A stretch of 61,482 nucleotides of DNA, filler included. It is 9 parts of 9 records of this genome, joined end to end, with 100 filler letters (N's around TTAATTAATTAA, not from the genome) between each part and the next. Parts side by side here need not be neighbours in the genome. Positions count along the whole stretch, not along the records: positions 43,544 to 50,357 come from SRR31147125_38906; positions 50,458 to 55,683 come from SRR31147125_38918; 7 more parts are not named here. The stretch is one strand, 5' to 3'. Positions 43,582 through 52,902 of this stretch are shown here, one piece after another. Every line of letters starts with the position of its first letter. Position 1 is the stretch's first letter. Below the pieces are notes generated by a model, which worked only from the letters and a program-made list of their open reading frames with translations, did no database searches and was not told where the DNA came from. The position numbers were made by a program, and so were the translations under genes.

Positions 43582-43929
43582 TTATGCTGATCTTCTATTC
43601 TCATCTTCATTACTGATATTGTATTCAGCAAGCTGGGTATAGAGCAAGTCAGCTTTTGCTTCAAGTTGTTCAAGGTTGAGTGTGCTTGAAAGAGATGGGG
43701 CGTTGCGAGCGCAGCCTATGAGGTGCACAAGCTGATCGATAAGTCTTGTGGCTCGTATGGAGAATTCTTCGTACTGTTCGAGTCTCTTTTCTGCAGTATA
43801 TGAGTCAACTCTGTTAAATCCGCTCTGACAGAATTGGCTTACCTGACGTGCATGTGTGTATAGCGCTTCTTTTAGAAAACTGATCTTTGCTCCCTGCTCC
43901 AGTTCATCTTCTCTTGCTTCAATATCCAT
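43582..43929 (-). CDS. Hypothetical small helical protein
   Basis: 115-aa ORF with SD-like GAAAGG; no motif recognised. Confidence 0.6.
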   Translation of the reverse strand: MDIEAREDELEQGAKISFLKEALYTHARQVSQFCQSGFNRVDSYTAEKRLEQYEEFSIRATRLIDQLVHLIGCARNAPSLSSTLNLEQLEAKADLLYTQLAEYNISNEDENRRSA

Positions 43930-43980
43930 ATTTCAGCCTTTCAAATTTTTTAGATATAAATAAAAAGATAATATTCATCA

Positions 43981-43997
43981 AACAAGAAGTGTGCCAG
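43981..43997 (-). promoter_or_regulatory. Candidate sigma-54 (-24/-12) promoter
   Basis: Minus strand CTGGCACACTTCTTGTT versus consensus YTGGCACGNNNNTTGCW, about 50 nt upstream of ATG 43929. Confidence 0.5.
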
Positions 43998-44428
43998 AAA
44001 TCTGTGGCTGATATTTATAGCGTTTTCTGTTATAGCTGGAAAAATGTGCGGTATGAATGGAAGTAATTGCCGGAAATAATGGAGGGTAGGCTGGCTGGAG
44101 ATGTGTTATTGAAGTACCCGGAAGATTGGTGCTTATCTGCGCTTATTGCAATGATCGAGTAATTTCTGTTACTGAATGTGTTTGCAACTATACATGCCTA
44201 TCATCTTTCCGAAATAAGTTGAGCAGAAAGATTGAAATAACTTTATGTAATGTATGTTAATTGTCGATTGATGTTGTAGGGTGTCGTCTACACTTACAGG
44301 AAGGACTGTCATTCTGCATCTAGCTGGCTGTCTCTGTGACAGAGTTGCAGCAATGCTTTCTGAACGTGGACTAGCAGGCGATAACTACATATGTATTTAA
44401 TAAAGAATCTTCTCCGGAGAATGAATTG

Positions 44429-47400
44429 ATGAAGTTTATAAAAATCAGGTATTATCTTATTTCAGCTATGCTGCTATGTTTGCTATATTGTAGTAAGCAG
44501 GTTCATGCTGCAAGTTATCTGCTGGATGTTGCCTCTACTGAGACCAATGGAGGTACTAATTCTGGAGCTCCAGCTATACTTGATTCTGATCAATTGACAA
44601 TAAATACCGATGGCTCTATAACTACTACGGGTGCTGCATATGGAATATGTTTGGGAAGTAGCAACACAGTTCTTGTTGATAATAGCTCAGCTGCCGAGGA
44701 GGTTACTTCTGTTGCAGCAGCAATAAAAGTAAATGATAGTTCTACTGGAAATACAATAACGATCAATACCACAGCGTATGTACAATCAACTGGAGCAGAG
44801 GGTCTTGTTCTGGGGGCGAGTGCAACCAAGAATGATATAACTATTAATGGAACGCTTCATAATAGTGTGGCAGGGAAAGCCGCAATGGCTATGGATACAA
44901 CTGCTTATGCAAATACTGTCACAATTAGCGGTACGGTTGAGAATGCCTATAATGGTAGCTCTGCAAGCTATGGTGCTGAGATAAATGGCGACTCTGTTAT
45001 GGTTATGAAATCAGGTAGTACGGTCTCGACCGCTGGAGTAAACAGTATTACCCTGAATACAGCGGCGACAGCTAGTGGTTCTGCTGCGCTGCATATTGGC
45101 GGGACTGTGACAGCCGCAAGTGAGGATGCGGTTGCTGTTAATTTTACCAGTTCTGAAACTTTTGCTACAAATACCGCTATCTACTTTTTCGATACAGCAA
45201 GTACTACTGGTAAAATAACCTCTACTAGTTCTAATAGTAATTCTGCATGTCTGATATTCGGTTATGCTACAGATGTTAATGGTGAGGCTGACCTTACAAC
45301 TGCTGATGCGGCTTTTGCTATGACAGTGGGAGGAAATATTGAAAGTAGCGGTACTGATAGTTTTGATGGGTTCTTTGCTGCCGGTGAGACGACTCTGAGT
45401 GGTTCCAAGTATCAGTTTAAAAGAGTATTTGTAGGGGCAGATAGTTTTGATGGGACTATAGTTTCTGATGGTTACAATGCGGATACAACTCAGAAGACTG
45501 CAACCCTCGGGGCGCTGGCTAATACTGGTGCAATACTCAACGTCAATGGAGAGTTTGTTGCTGAGGAACTGGTTACAGGTGAGGATAGTTCTATTAATTT
45601 TACCGGTAGCGGTACAAAGACAATAACAAATGTGGATCTTACTGGTGGAACAACTGCTGATCCGGCGACAGCTGACAGCAGCCTCAAAGTTGAGGGTACT
45701 TCGGATATGAATATTACTACACTTACCTTCAAGGGTAAGGGTAATACTGCTGTAGGTAATTATCTTGATAATGAGATGGACAGAGGAGCGGCAAAAGTAA
45801 ATATTGGGACACTCAAGGTTGATGCTACAACTGATAGTGATCAAGTTGAGGCGAGCCTGCTCTCTACTAGTGGTAAAGAATCTGCATTTGCCGTTGGGGA
45901 TCTAAGTATCGCTGGTACTGTAGCTGATAAAGGTCGGCTCAATCTTAGCTCGGATGATGGCGGTGGGGTTGACACTACTTTGATCCTTGATATAGAGGAT
46001 CTTACGCTATCTGGTGATGGAGTCCTGACAGACAGGGCGGCTGAGCTTGATTTTGATACTGCAAACGGGAGTCTGATCAGTGCTGATGTTGATACTGTAA
46101 CAGTGACTGCTGGTAAGACAGGGTTTATAAGTCTTGATACCGCTGGAGCAATGCTTGATATAGAGACAAAGGCAGATATTAATGCAGGAAGTAGTCTGGG
46201 GATCGAAAGTACGGATGACAGTAAGGCTATTATTGCTCAGGCAAATATCATGGCTGGCGGGCTGCTGGAGTTTTCAGGTACATCTACTGGTACTGGTGTT
46301 ATAACTGCAAATGAAGTTAATTTTACTGGTGCTGGCGGGAAGTTAGACAACAGTATTGCAGATGATGATGCCGTTGCTATTGGTACACTTTCTGTAACAG
46401 GTGGTACGCTGGGGACAGGCGGTACGCTTACAAAATCTGCCGGAGGTAACGCTACTACGACAGTCGGGACAGTAAACGTGACTGCTGCTGCTTCGAGTGA
46501 TGGAAGCCTGACACTGAATAATGAGACAGGGGCTGCTAGTGCGCATATTTTCAAGATAACTGCTGTCAATCTCTCGGGTTCATCTGCTACTGATGGCAGC
46601 GGTAGAGCTGAGTTTATTGTAGACAGCGGGGCTGGTAATACTACTGATGTCAATGTGGGTGATCTGGTGATTGCTGATAATAAAAATGGTTATATTGAAG
46701 TATCACAGACTGGAGCTGCAACTACTCTGGATTTTGAAGGAGCAGGGGATGATACGACTATAGGCAGTGGAGCAACTCTGCAGATAAAGATCAATGGCGG
46801 TACTGTCGATCTCAATGATATATCGCTTGCGGGTAAACTGGATCTTAGTGATACTACAGTAATCCCTGATTTTGAGAAGCTTACAGTTACTGGAACAGAG
46901 GCGGAGGTAGAGGTTAAGGCTGGGCTTACTTTTGTCAATCCAGCTCCTACTACCGGTACGATCTTTAATTCTGGATCCAGGCTTACTACTTCTGGAGCAG
47001 GTGATTTCAATCTTGGTAATATTGATGCATCTGCTGGTGAGGCTGTACTCAAAATGACCGGTAGTGGTTCGGTTACTATAAAAGGCGGTAGTGCTGATAA
47101 TCTGACTATTCAGTCTACAGCAACAGGGGCAGATATTATAACCAGTGGAGTGCTTGCAGCCAAGAATCTTGATGTTGATGCCAATACAGGGATAAGTTCG
47201 GCTGGAGGTTCGGTCGCAGTTGGCAGTACAGATACTGGTACTGATACAGATATTGGCAATGGGGTAACTCTTACCTTGAGTGGAGCTAATACTTTTGCTC
47301 TCAATGATATTGCTGGCGGGGCAAATTCTGGCATGACCGTCAGTAACGGTACTGGGGCGGTAACTGTAAATTCTGTTGAGCTTGGCAGCGGGCTTTTTAC

Positions 47401-49687
47401 TTTTACACATAGTGATAATGATAATGTCTCTCTTGGAAAAGTAACAGCTGGGACGGCTGGGAATAATTTGACTATTGCAGGTGCTGGAACAGGGGCTGTA
47501 AGTGTGGATACTCTCAATGTCAGTGAAAATTTTACTCTGACTGCTGACAAAGCGGCAACTGTAGATAATGCAGTGGTCGCTGAGGATAAAATTCTCTCTA
47601 TTGCCAATACTGCAAACAATCTTACAGTGACTACTATGGCATTAGGCGGTACGCTTACTAATTACAGTTCTGCTTTGCAGAGTATTGCTACTCTAAATAC
47701 TTCTGGTGATAAAGCTAAGATTGACGGTACTGCAGCTGTGGCAGTAACCAACAGGGTCAACCTTGATAATAATCTGGAAGTTGCTGGAGCCGGAGTAAAG
47801 ACTTTTACCGGAGGGGTGGATATCAAAGGTGGTAAAACTTTGTCTGTATATACCTCAGCGTTGCATAGTCTGGGTGATATCGTTATGACAGAAGGCAAGC
47901 TGGCGATTCTTGCTGCTGCTGCTGAGAATACATTGACTGGGACAAGCCTGACTCTTGGTTCAGGTAGTACGGGTACTATTGATGTCGCATCAGGTAAGAC
48001 CTATAGTACTGGCAGTACTACTTTCAGTAATAATGCTGTGCTCAATGTCAGTGGGGATGGTACTGTAAACCTGGGTGCTGTTACTGGCAATACCAATCAC
48101 TTTACTGTAAATATCGGTAGAGGGTCAACTGCTGAGTTTGGGGCGACTGATCTGACGACTGCTGCAGGGAGGAAGATTAATATTGATCTTGGGTTGAGCG
48201 AGACTGCTGCTGCAGGGACTTATGGTAAGCTTAAAGGTGCTGCCAATATTACGACTAGCGGAGGGGCTTCTGGGATTGTTAATGAAGTATATGGGGTAAA
48301 TGGAGTGGCAGGTCTTACTTATAGTAGTGTACTTGATGGTGCATTTGCCGGTGGTGGTGTAAATGATGGTGATGTACTCAATACTGATGATAGATTCAGG
48401 ATTTATACCCTTGGGAATTCCTGTCAGGATATTACTGTAACAACAAACTCTGATAGAATTAGTGAGATTATTCTCGGTAGTGGTAGCTCTACTACTGTAT
48501 CCGCGGCAGCAGAAAATCTTATCGAAAATCAGAAGAATCTAAACGCCGAAGGACAGCAGTATGTTGATGGGTTGACCTCTCTGGATGATAGTACTTTTGT
48601 ACGGGCAATGGATGAAACAATCGGTGAGAATACAACCCTTCATGTTAATCAGGCAACTGTCAAATCTATCCAGCAGGGTAGTGCTGCTCTGAATCAGCAG
48701 CTCGGGTCTTTTCGTACTGGTTTTATTGCTGTAGCAATGGCTTCAGCTTACTCTTCCGGCGGTATGACAGCTGCTCTTGATGACATGGCTGATCCGGATA
48801 CTCTAGCTGATGCTTATGGTTCTGGATTTACTGCTGCTGCCGAGGTGGAGTATGGGAAGCAGCAGGTCTGGGTAAATGGCTTCGGTGGTTTTGGTGAGCA
48901 GGCATCGACTTCCAATCAGATAGGTTATGACTTTTACAACGCTGGGATGCTTATTGGTTTTGATTATCTTCTGGCTAGAGAGCTGCGTGTCGGGGCTATC
49001 TTGAGTTATAGTTATAATAAGGCGACACGCTACTGGAATTATGGACACTCAGTAAATAATTCTCTGCGCTTTGGAGTATATGGTTCTTATAACTGGAATA
49101 ACTTTTTTGTTGATCTTTCGCCATCAATGGGATTTCACTTTATTGATTCAAAACGTAATGTATATAATGGGTCTGTTGCTACAGGTGACCGAGTGGGTAT
49201 AGACTTTGATGCAACAGGTACTATCGGCTACACCTTTAACTTTATCAATGACTATCAGGTGACTCCGACTCTTGCGCTGGGGTATTCGAGATTCTATGAT
49301 CCTGAATTTACAGAGACTGGAGCAGGCGCAGCAAATATTGCGTATAGTGATTTTACTACTAATTCTCTTGTTCAGGATTTTGGTGTAAAAGGAGGTAAGC
49401 TCTGGGTGTGCTCTGATAGACTATCCTTCCTGCCGGAAGCTTGGGTTGGTTGGGAGTATGAGTATCTTGATACCGGCGGTAATCGTAATACAACTACTTC
49501 TGCTGCTCTTGGTTCTCAGAATTATGCAACAACTATGAATGGTATGGCGAAAAATAGAGCATACTGGGGAACTGGAGTTACTGCACTTGTCAATGACAAT
49601 ATCTCTGTGTATGGGCGTTATGACCATAAAATATGGGATAAAGGTTTCAATGTAGGGTTTAGCTCAGGTGTCAAGGTTAAGTTCTGA
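44429..49687 (+). CDS. Large autotransporter (type Va) with G/T/A-rich passenger
   Basis: Signal peptide ending VHA, about 1400-aa low-complexity beta-helix-like passenger, C-terminal barrel (WVNGFGG, IGFDY, FTETGAG, terminal VKVKF). Confidence 0.9.
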   Translation: MKFIKIRYYLISAMLLCLLYCSKQVHAASYLLDVASTETNGGTNSGAPAILDSDQLTINTDGSITTTGAAYGICLGSSNTVLVDNSSAAEEVTSVAAAIKVNDSSTGNTITINTTAYVQSTGAEGLVLGASATKNDITINGTLHNSVAGKAAMAMDTTAYANTVTISGTVENAYNGSSASYGAEINGDSVMVMKSGSTVSTAGVNSITLNTAATASGSAALHIGGTVTAASEDAVAVNFTSSETFATNTAIYFFDTASTTGKITSTSSNSNSACLIFGYATDVNGEADLTTADAAFAMTVGGNIESSGTDSFDGFFAAGETTLSGSKYQFKRVFVGADSFDGTIVSDGYNADTTQKTATLGALANTGAILNVNGEFVAEELVTGEDSSINFTGSGTKTITNVDLTGGTTADPATADSSLKVEGTSDMNITTLTFKGKGNTAVGNYLDNEMDRGAAKVNIGTLKVDATTDSDQVEASLLSTSGKESAFAVGDLSIAGTVADKGRLNLSSDDGGGVDTTLILDIEDLTLSGDGVLTDRAAELDFDTANGSLISADVDTVTVTAGKTGFISLDTAGAMLDIETKADINAGSSLGIESTDDSKAIIAQANIMAGGLLEFSGTSTGTGVITANEVNFTGAGGKLDNSIADDDAVAIGTLSVTGGTLGTGGTLTKSAGGNATTTVGTVNVTAAASSDGSLTLNNETGAASAHIFKITAVNLSGSSATDGSGRAEFIVDSGAGNTTDVNVGDLVIADNKNGYIEVSQTGAATTLDFEGAGDDTTIGSGATLQIKINGGTVDLNDISLAGKLDLSDTTVIPDFEKLTVTGTEAEVEVKAGLTFVNPAPTTGTIFNSGSRLTTSGAGDFNLGNIDASAGEAVLKMTGSGSVTIKGGSADNLTIQSTATGADIITSGVLAAKNLDVDANTGISSAGGSVAVGSTDTGTDTDIGNGVTLTLSGANTFALNDIAGGANSGMTVSNGTGAVTVNSVELGSGLFTFTHSDNDNVSLGKVTAGTAGNNLTIAGAGTGAVSVDTLNVSENFTLTADKAATVDNAVVAEDKILSIANTANNLTVTTMALGGTLTNYSSALQSIATLNTSGDKAKIDGTAAVAVTNRVNLDNNLEVAGAGVKTFTGGVDIKGGKTLSVYTSALHSLGDIVMTEGKLAILAAAAENTLTGTSLTLGSGSTGTIDVASGKTYSTGSTTFSNNAVLNVSGDGTVNLGAVTGNTNHFTVNIGRGSTAEFGATDLTTAAGRKINIDLGLSETAAAGTYGKLKGAANITTSGGASGIVNEVYGVNGVAGLTYSSVLDGAFAGGGVNDGDVLNTDDRFRIYTLGNSCQDITVTTNSDRISEIILGSGSSTTVSAAAENLIENQKNLNAEGQQYVDGLTSLDDSTFVRAMDETIGENTTLHVNQATVKSIQQGSAALNQQLGSFRTGFIAVAMASAYSSGGMTAALDDMADPDTLADAYGSGFTAAAEVEYGKQQVWVNGFGGFGEQASTSNQIGYDFYNAGMLIGFDYLLARELRVGAILSYSYNKATRYWNYGHSVNNSLRFGVYGSYNWNNFFVDLSPSMGFHFIDSKRNVYNGSVATGDRVGIDFDATGTIGYTFNFINDYQVTPTLALGYSRFYDPEFTETGAGAANIAYSDFTTNSLVQDFGVKGGKLWVCSDRLSFLPEAWVGWEYEYLDTGGNRNTTTSAALGSQNYATTMNGMAKNRAYWGTGVTALVNDNISVYGRYDHKIWDKGFNVGFSSGVKVKF

Positions 49688-49698
49688 TTGTAATGCGG

Positions 49699-49749
49699 AT
49701 TGATAATAATGCCAAAGACTGTCTTGCGGTCTTTGGCATTATTATCAAT
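49699..49749. terminator. 21-bp perfect inverted repeat between convergent genes
   Basis: ATTGATAATAATGCCAAAGAC-N9-GTCTTTGGCATTATTATCAAT. Confidence 0.75.
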
Positions 49750-49789
49750 AAGATAGTTGTTGGCAATGGCAGGTTGTGCTGGATTGCAG

Positions 49790-50357
49790 TTATTCAGGTA
49801 TAACTACCGAATCAAGGTTGCTCTCTGGTTCAGGGAATTCGCAGGCGAATTCACTGAGGTGCTGGCGGATAATCCTAGCAATAATAACATTGCGCCACCA
49901 TTTTTTGTCTGCTGGGATAACATACCACGGAGCATGCGGAGTAGAGCACTTATTGAGTGCTTTACTGTAAACACTCATATAATTATCCCAGAATTTCCTT
50001 TCAACAATATCAGAGGTGCTGAATTTCCAGTTTTTCTCTGGTATATCAAGCCTCTCCTGCAGTCTCTTTTTCTGCTCTCCCTTGGATATATGGAGAAAGA
50101 GTTTGACAACCTTGGTGTTGCTGTCGTTGAGCAGTGATTCAAAATTATTTATATGGTCGTAACGGCGGTTGATAATGCTCTTCGGTGAGAGTTTGTGGAC
50201 TCTCTGAATGAGTACGTCTTCATAATGTGAGCGGTTGAAGACATGAATCATACCGTGCTTCGGTGTGCAGGTGTGGATGCGCCATAAGAAGTCGTGAGAT
50301 ACCTCCTTGGGGTTTGGCTGCTTGAATGAGTATACTCTGACACCTTGTGGGTTCAAT
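49790..50357 (-). CDS. ppk2: Polyphosphate kinase 2 family (polyP:nucleotide phosphotransferase), 5' truncated
   Basis: NPQG, SFKQP, HDFLWR, FNRSHYEDVL, KLFLHIS, WYVIPADKKW. Confidence 0.92.
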
Positions 50358-50457
50358 NNNNNNNNNNNNNNNNNNNNNNNNNNNNNNNNNNNNNNNNNNN
50401 NTTAATTAATTAANNNNNNNNNNNNNNNNNNNNNNNNNNNNNNNNNNNNNNNNNNNN
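50358..50457. other. Artificial contig spacer
   Basis: Ns around TTAATTAATTAA. Confidence 0.98.
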
Positions 50458-50565
50458 GGATGGACTCCCGGGTAGTAAAGACGTTGAATCCTGATAAAAT
50501 GTAGGACGAACTTGCGCGGCTACTGCATCCGGTGGCAGCTCCCGAATAAGGAGATGGATACAACC

Positions 50566-51621
50566 ATGAAACTCAAAGCAAATATAGCCGCCATGGAAGC
50601 CTACGCACCTGGCCGGACTGTTCCCGGGGCTGTGAAGCTGTCCTCCAATGAGAATCCCCTGGGGCCCTCTCCAAAAGGCATACAGGCTATTCGGGACGTT
50701 CTGGACGGTGTCCACCGATATCCCGACGGCGCATCCACCGCTCTTAAGAATGAACTCGCTTCTAAGTGGAAAGTGGAAGCTGCACAGCTTATCGTGGCCA
50801 ACGGCAGCGATGAAGTCTTCACCCTGCTGGCTGCCGCGTGGATCGGTCCAGGGGAGAATGCCGTAGGAGTCCGGGAAACCTTCAGCCAGTACCGCTATGC
50901 TGTTGGACTCTTCGGCGCTGAAATGAGGGAAGCGTCCATTGACGATGGTTGCTTTCCGCTTGATACCATGCTGAAGCTTATAGACGAAAAAACCCGGATG
51001 ATATTCCTGTGCAATCCAAATAATCCCACAGGCACCTATCACAAGCACGATGAAATTGAATCCTTCCTGGCTTCGGTATCGTCGGAAGTTATTGTTGTTC
51101 TGGATGAAGCCTATGCTGATTTCGCTGATGCGCCGGATTTTCCCGACTCTCGCAAACTGCTGGAAGCCTATCCCAATCTAGTGGTGAGCCGGACATTCTC
51201 CAAACTCTATGGCCTGGCCGGACTTCGTGTCGGATACGCAATAGGGTCTTCAGAAGTGATTTCTGGAGCGGATCGCGCGTCGATGCCTTTTAATGTGAAC
51301 AACCTTGCTCAGGCGGCGGCGCTGGAGTCTCTGGGAGATACTGAGTTCCAGGAACGGTCGCTGGAGCTTGTCCGAAATGAGAAAGCGTACTTCTCGGCAG
51401 AACTCTCAAGACGGAAGTTTTCATTCTATCCCACACAAGCCAATTTCATCTGCTTCGATATCGGGCAGGATGTGGCCGGCCTGTGGAAAGCGATTGCCGA
51501 GAGAGGAATTGCTGTCCGGGACCTGAAGTCATTCGGCCTGCCGCAGAAGATCCGCTATACCTTCGGAGAACGGAAGGAAAACGAAATACTCCTGACCATC
51601 CTGGATGAGCTTCTGATGTGA
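50566..51621 (+). CDS. hisC: Histidinol-phosphate aminotransferase
   Basis: KLSSNENP, RYPD, NGSDE, CNPNNPTG, DEAY, PLP lysine SRTFSKLYGLAGLRVGY. Confidence 0.9.
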   Translation: MKLKANIAAMEAYAPGRTVPGAVKLSSNENPLGPSPKGIQAIRDVLDGVHRYPDGASTALKNELASKWKVEAAQLIVANGSDEVFTLLAAAWIGPGENAVGVRETFSQYRYAVGLFGAEMREASIDDGCFPLDTMLKLIDEKTRMIFLCNPNNPTGTYHKHDEIESFLASVSSEVIVVLDEAYADFADAPDFPDSRKLLEAYPNLVVSRTFSKLYGLAGLRVGYAIGSSEVISGADRASMPFNVNNLAQAAALESLGDTEFQERSLELVRNEKAYFSAELSRRKFSFYPTQANFICFDIGQDVAGLWKAIAERGIAVRDLKSFGLPQKIRYTFGERKENEILLTILDELLM

Positions 51622-51731
51622 TTATTCCCTATCAACTGATCATCCTGGCCGCAGCCTGTTGGGCCCTTTCAGTCCTGGTGAAAAGAACCAGAAAAGACGA
51701 CTGCCCAGTCGGTCGACATTTTCCTGACTAA
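51618..51731 (+). CDS. Small 37-aa membrane ORF or truncated gene remnant, coupled to hisC
   Basis: GTG overlaps the hisC TGA; MIIPYQLIILAAACWALSVLVKRTRKDDCPVGRHFPD*. Confidence 0.35.
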   Translation: MIIPYQLIILAAACWALSVLVKRTRKDDCPVGRHFPD

Positions 51732-51781
51732 ACCCTGTTGATGTAAATTAGCTATATCTTTGTATCCGTTCTCACACCGGT

Positions 51782-51854
51782 CGCAGGTTAGAGCTGTTGG
51801 CAGCTCGTCAGGCTCATAACACGGAGGTCTTAGGTTCGAGTCCTAGACCTGTCC
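51782..51854 (+). tRNA. Degenerate initiator tRNA-Met(CAT)-like sequence, probable pseudo-tRNA
   Basis: Acceptor CGCAGGT/ACCTGTC, D arm GAGC..GCTC, loop CTCATAA, T arm TTAGG-TTCGAGT-CCTAG. The anticodon stem TCAGG/CACGG has two mismatches. Confidence 0.7.
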
Positions 51855-52096
51855 TTCTACAAAGAAACCGGACTAATCAGAAGTAGAGAAATCAACTCTT
51901 CATGGCATGATTCTCCTAGGCTGTTTACGGTTTAGACTGCAACTAAGAGATTTAATGTCTGGTCCGAATTGTGGTGAAATCAAATAATCTGATCCTATAG
52001 CTTCACCACGTACTCAACCTACCATATTCAGTGAGTACTAGAGCCTCTGGAGAAAGCGCGCGACGATAACGAGGCTAACGGACAGGATGTCCGAAT

Positions 52097-52888
52097 CTAC
52101 TTGTTATCGTGATGCCGCAACTGACTCTGGAGAACACAGCGATTACCTTTCAGCCTGGACGAGAAGAATTCGACAGGTTCATGTTCAGCCGTGTAGTTAA
52201 TAGCCCTCAGCATCAGGCAGGGTTCCCACAATGTCGTCTTCAGTAAAATGGTATCTTCCAAGGCCATTCGTGATGCCAGAACTTCACGCTCGGCATACTC
52301 AATCCGGGTATTGAAATGTTCACGAATGATCTGATACAGGTTTTTGGAGAACTCTGATTCCGCAATATCTAACAGCTTGTCATAATCGGGACTGCGGAAA
52401 TAAGAATCAACAACAAGTATCGGTTCTTCCTGTACGAAACGGAGACGGGAAAGATGTACGACTGTGTCCCCCTGATTGATTTTCAAGCGGTCTGCAATAA
52501 GGTTGCTCGCTGTGGTCTTCTCTCGTTTCAGAAGGTCTGTATGGTAGGCTATATGCTGCCGCTCTAGCATTTCGCCGAAGCTGATCAGTTCACCTAAAAA
52601 TACCAAAGGCAGGTTGTTCGGGTTGCTGGTCATCGCCCTTTTCCCCCGTTCCCTGATCAGGTAGCCCTTTTCAATGAGCATCTTCATGGCTCTATTGACA
52701 GTAGGTCGGCTGATTCCCAAAACCTGCGACACCTCTTCCTCACTCAGGAATTCGGTATTCAGGCGTATTTCTTCGTTTTCTATCAGGCTGGTAAGGATGT
52801 ATTCCACTTGCGAATACAACGGGAAACCATCAGTTTCCGTCAGGACTGATCGATACTGGAACAACGTTTCCTTGATCTGTTCAATCAT
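52097..52888 (-). CDS. GntR family (HutC/UTRA) transcriptional regulator
   Basis: PLYSQV, LSEEE...GISRPTVNRAM..L...GYLIRERGK, UTRA domain (LSRLRFVQEEP). Confidence 0.88.
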   Translation of the reverse strand: MIEQIKETLFQYRSVLTETDGFPLYSQVEYILTSLIENEEIRLNTEFLSEEEVSQVLGISRPTVNRAMKMLIEKGYLIRERGKRAMTSNPNNLPLVFLGELISFGEMLERQHIAYHTDLLKREKTTASNLIADRLKINQGDTVVHLSRLRFVQEEPILVVDSYFRSPDYDKLLDIAESEFSKNLYQIIREHFNTRIEYAEREVLASRMALEDTILLKTTLWEPCLMLRAINYTAEHEPVEFFSSRLKGNRCVLQSQLRHHDNK

Positions 52889-52902
52889 AATGCAACATCC
52901 GT

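Noticed and set aside
44590-49627. Several long antisense ORFs within the autotransporter
   Set aside because: They are shadows of biased codon usage in a low-complexity gene and carry no motifs.
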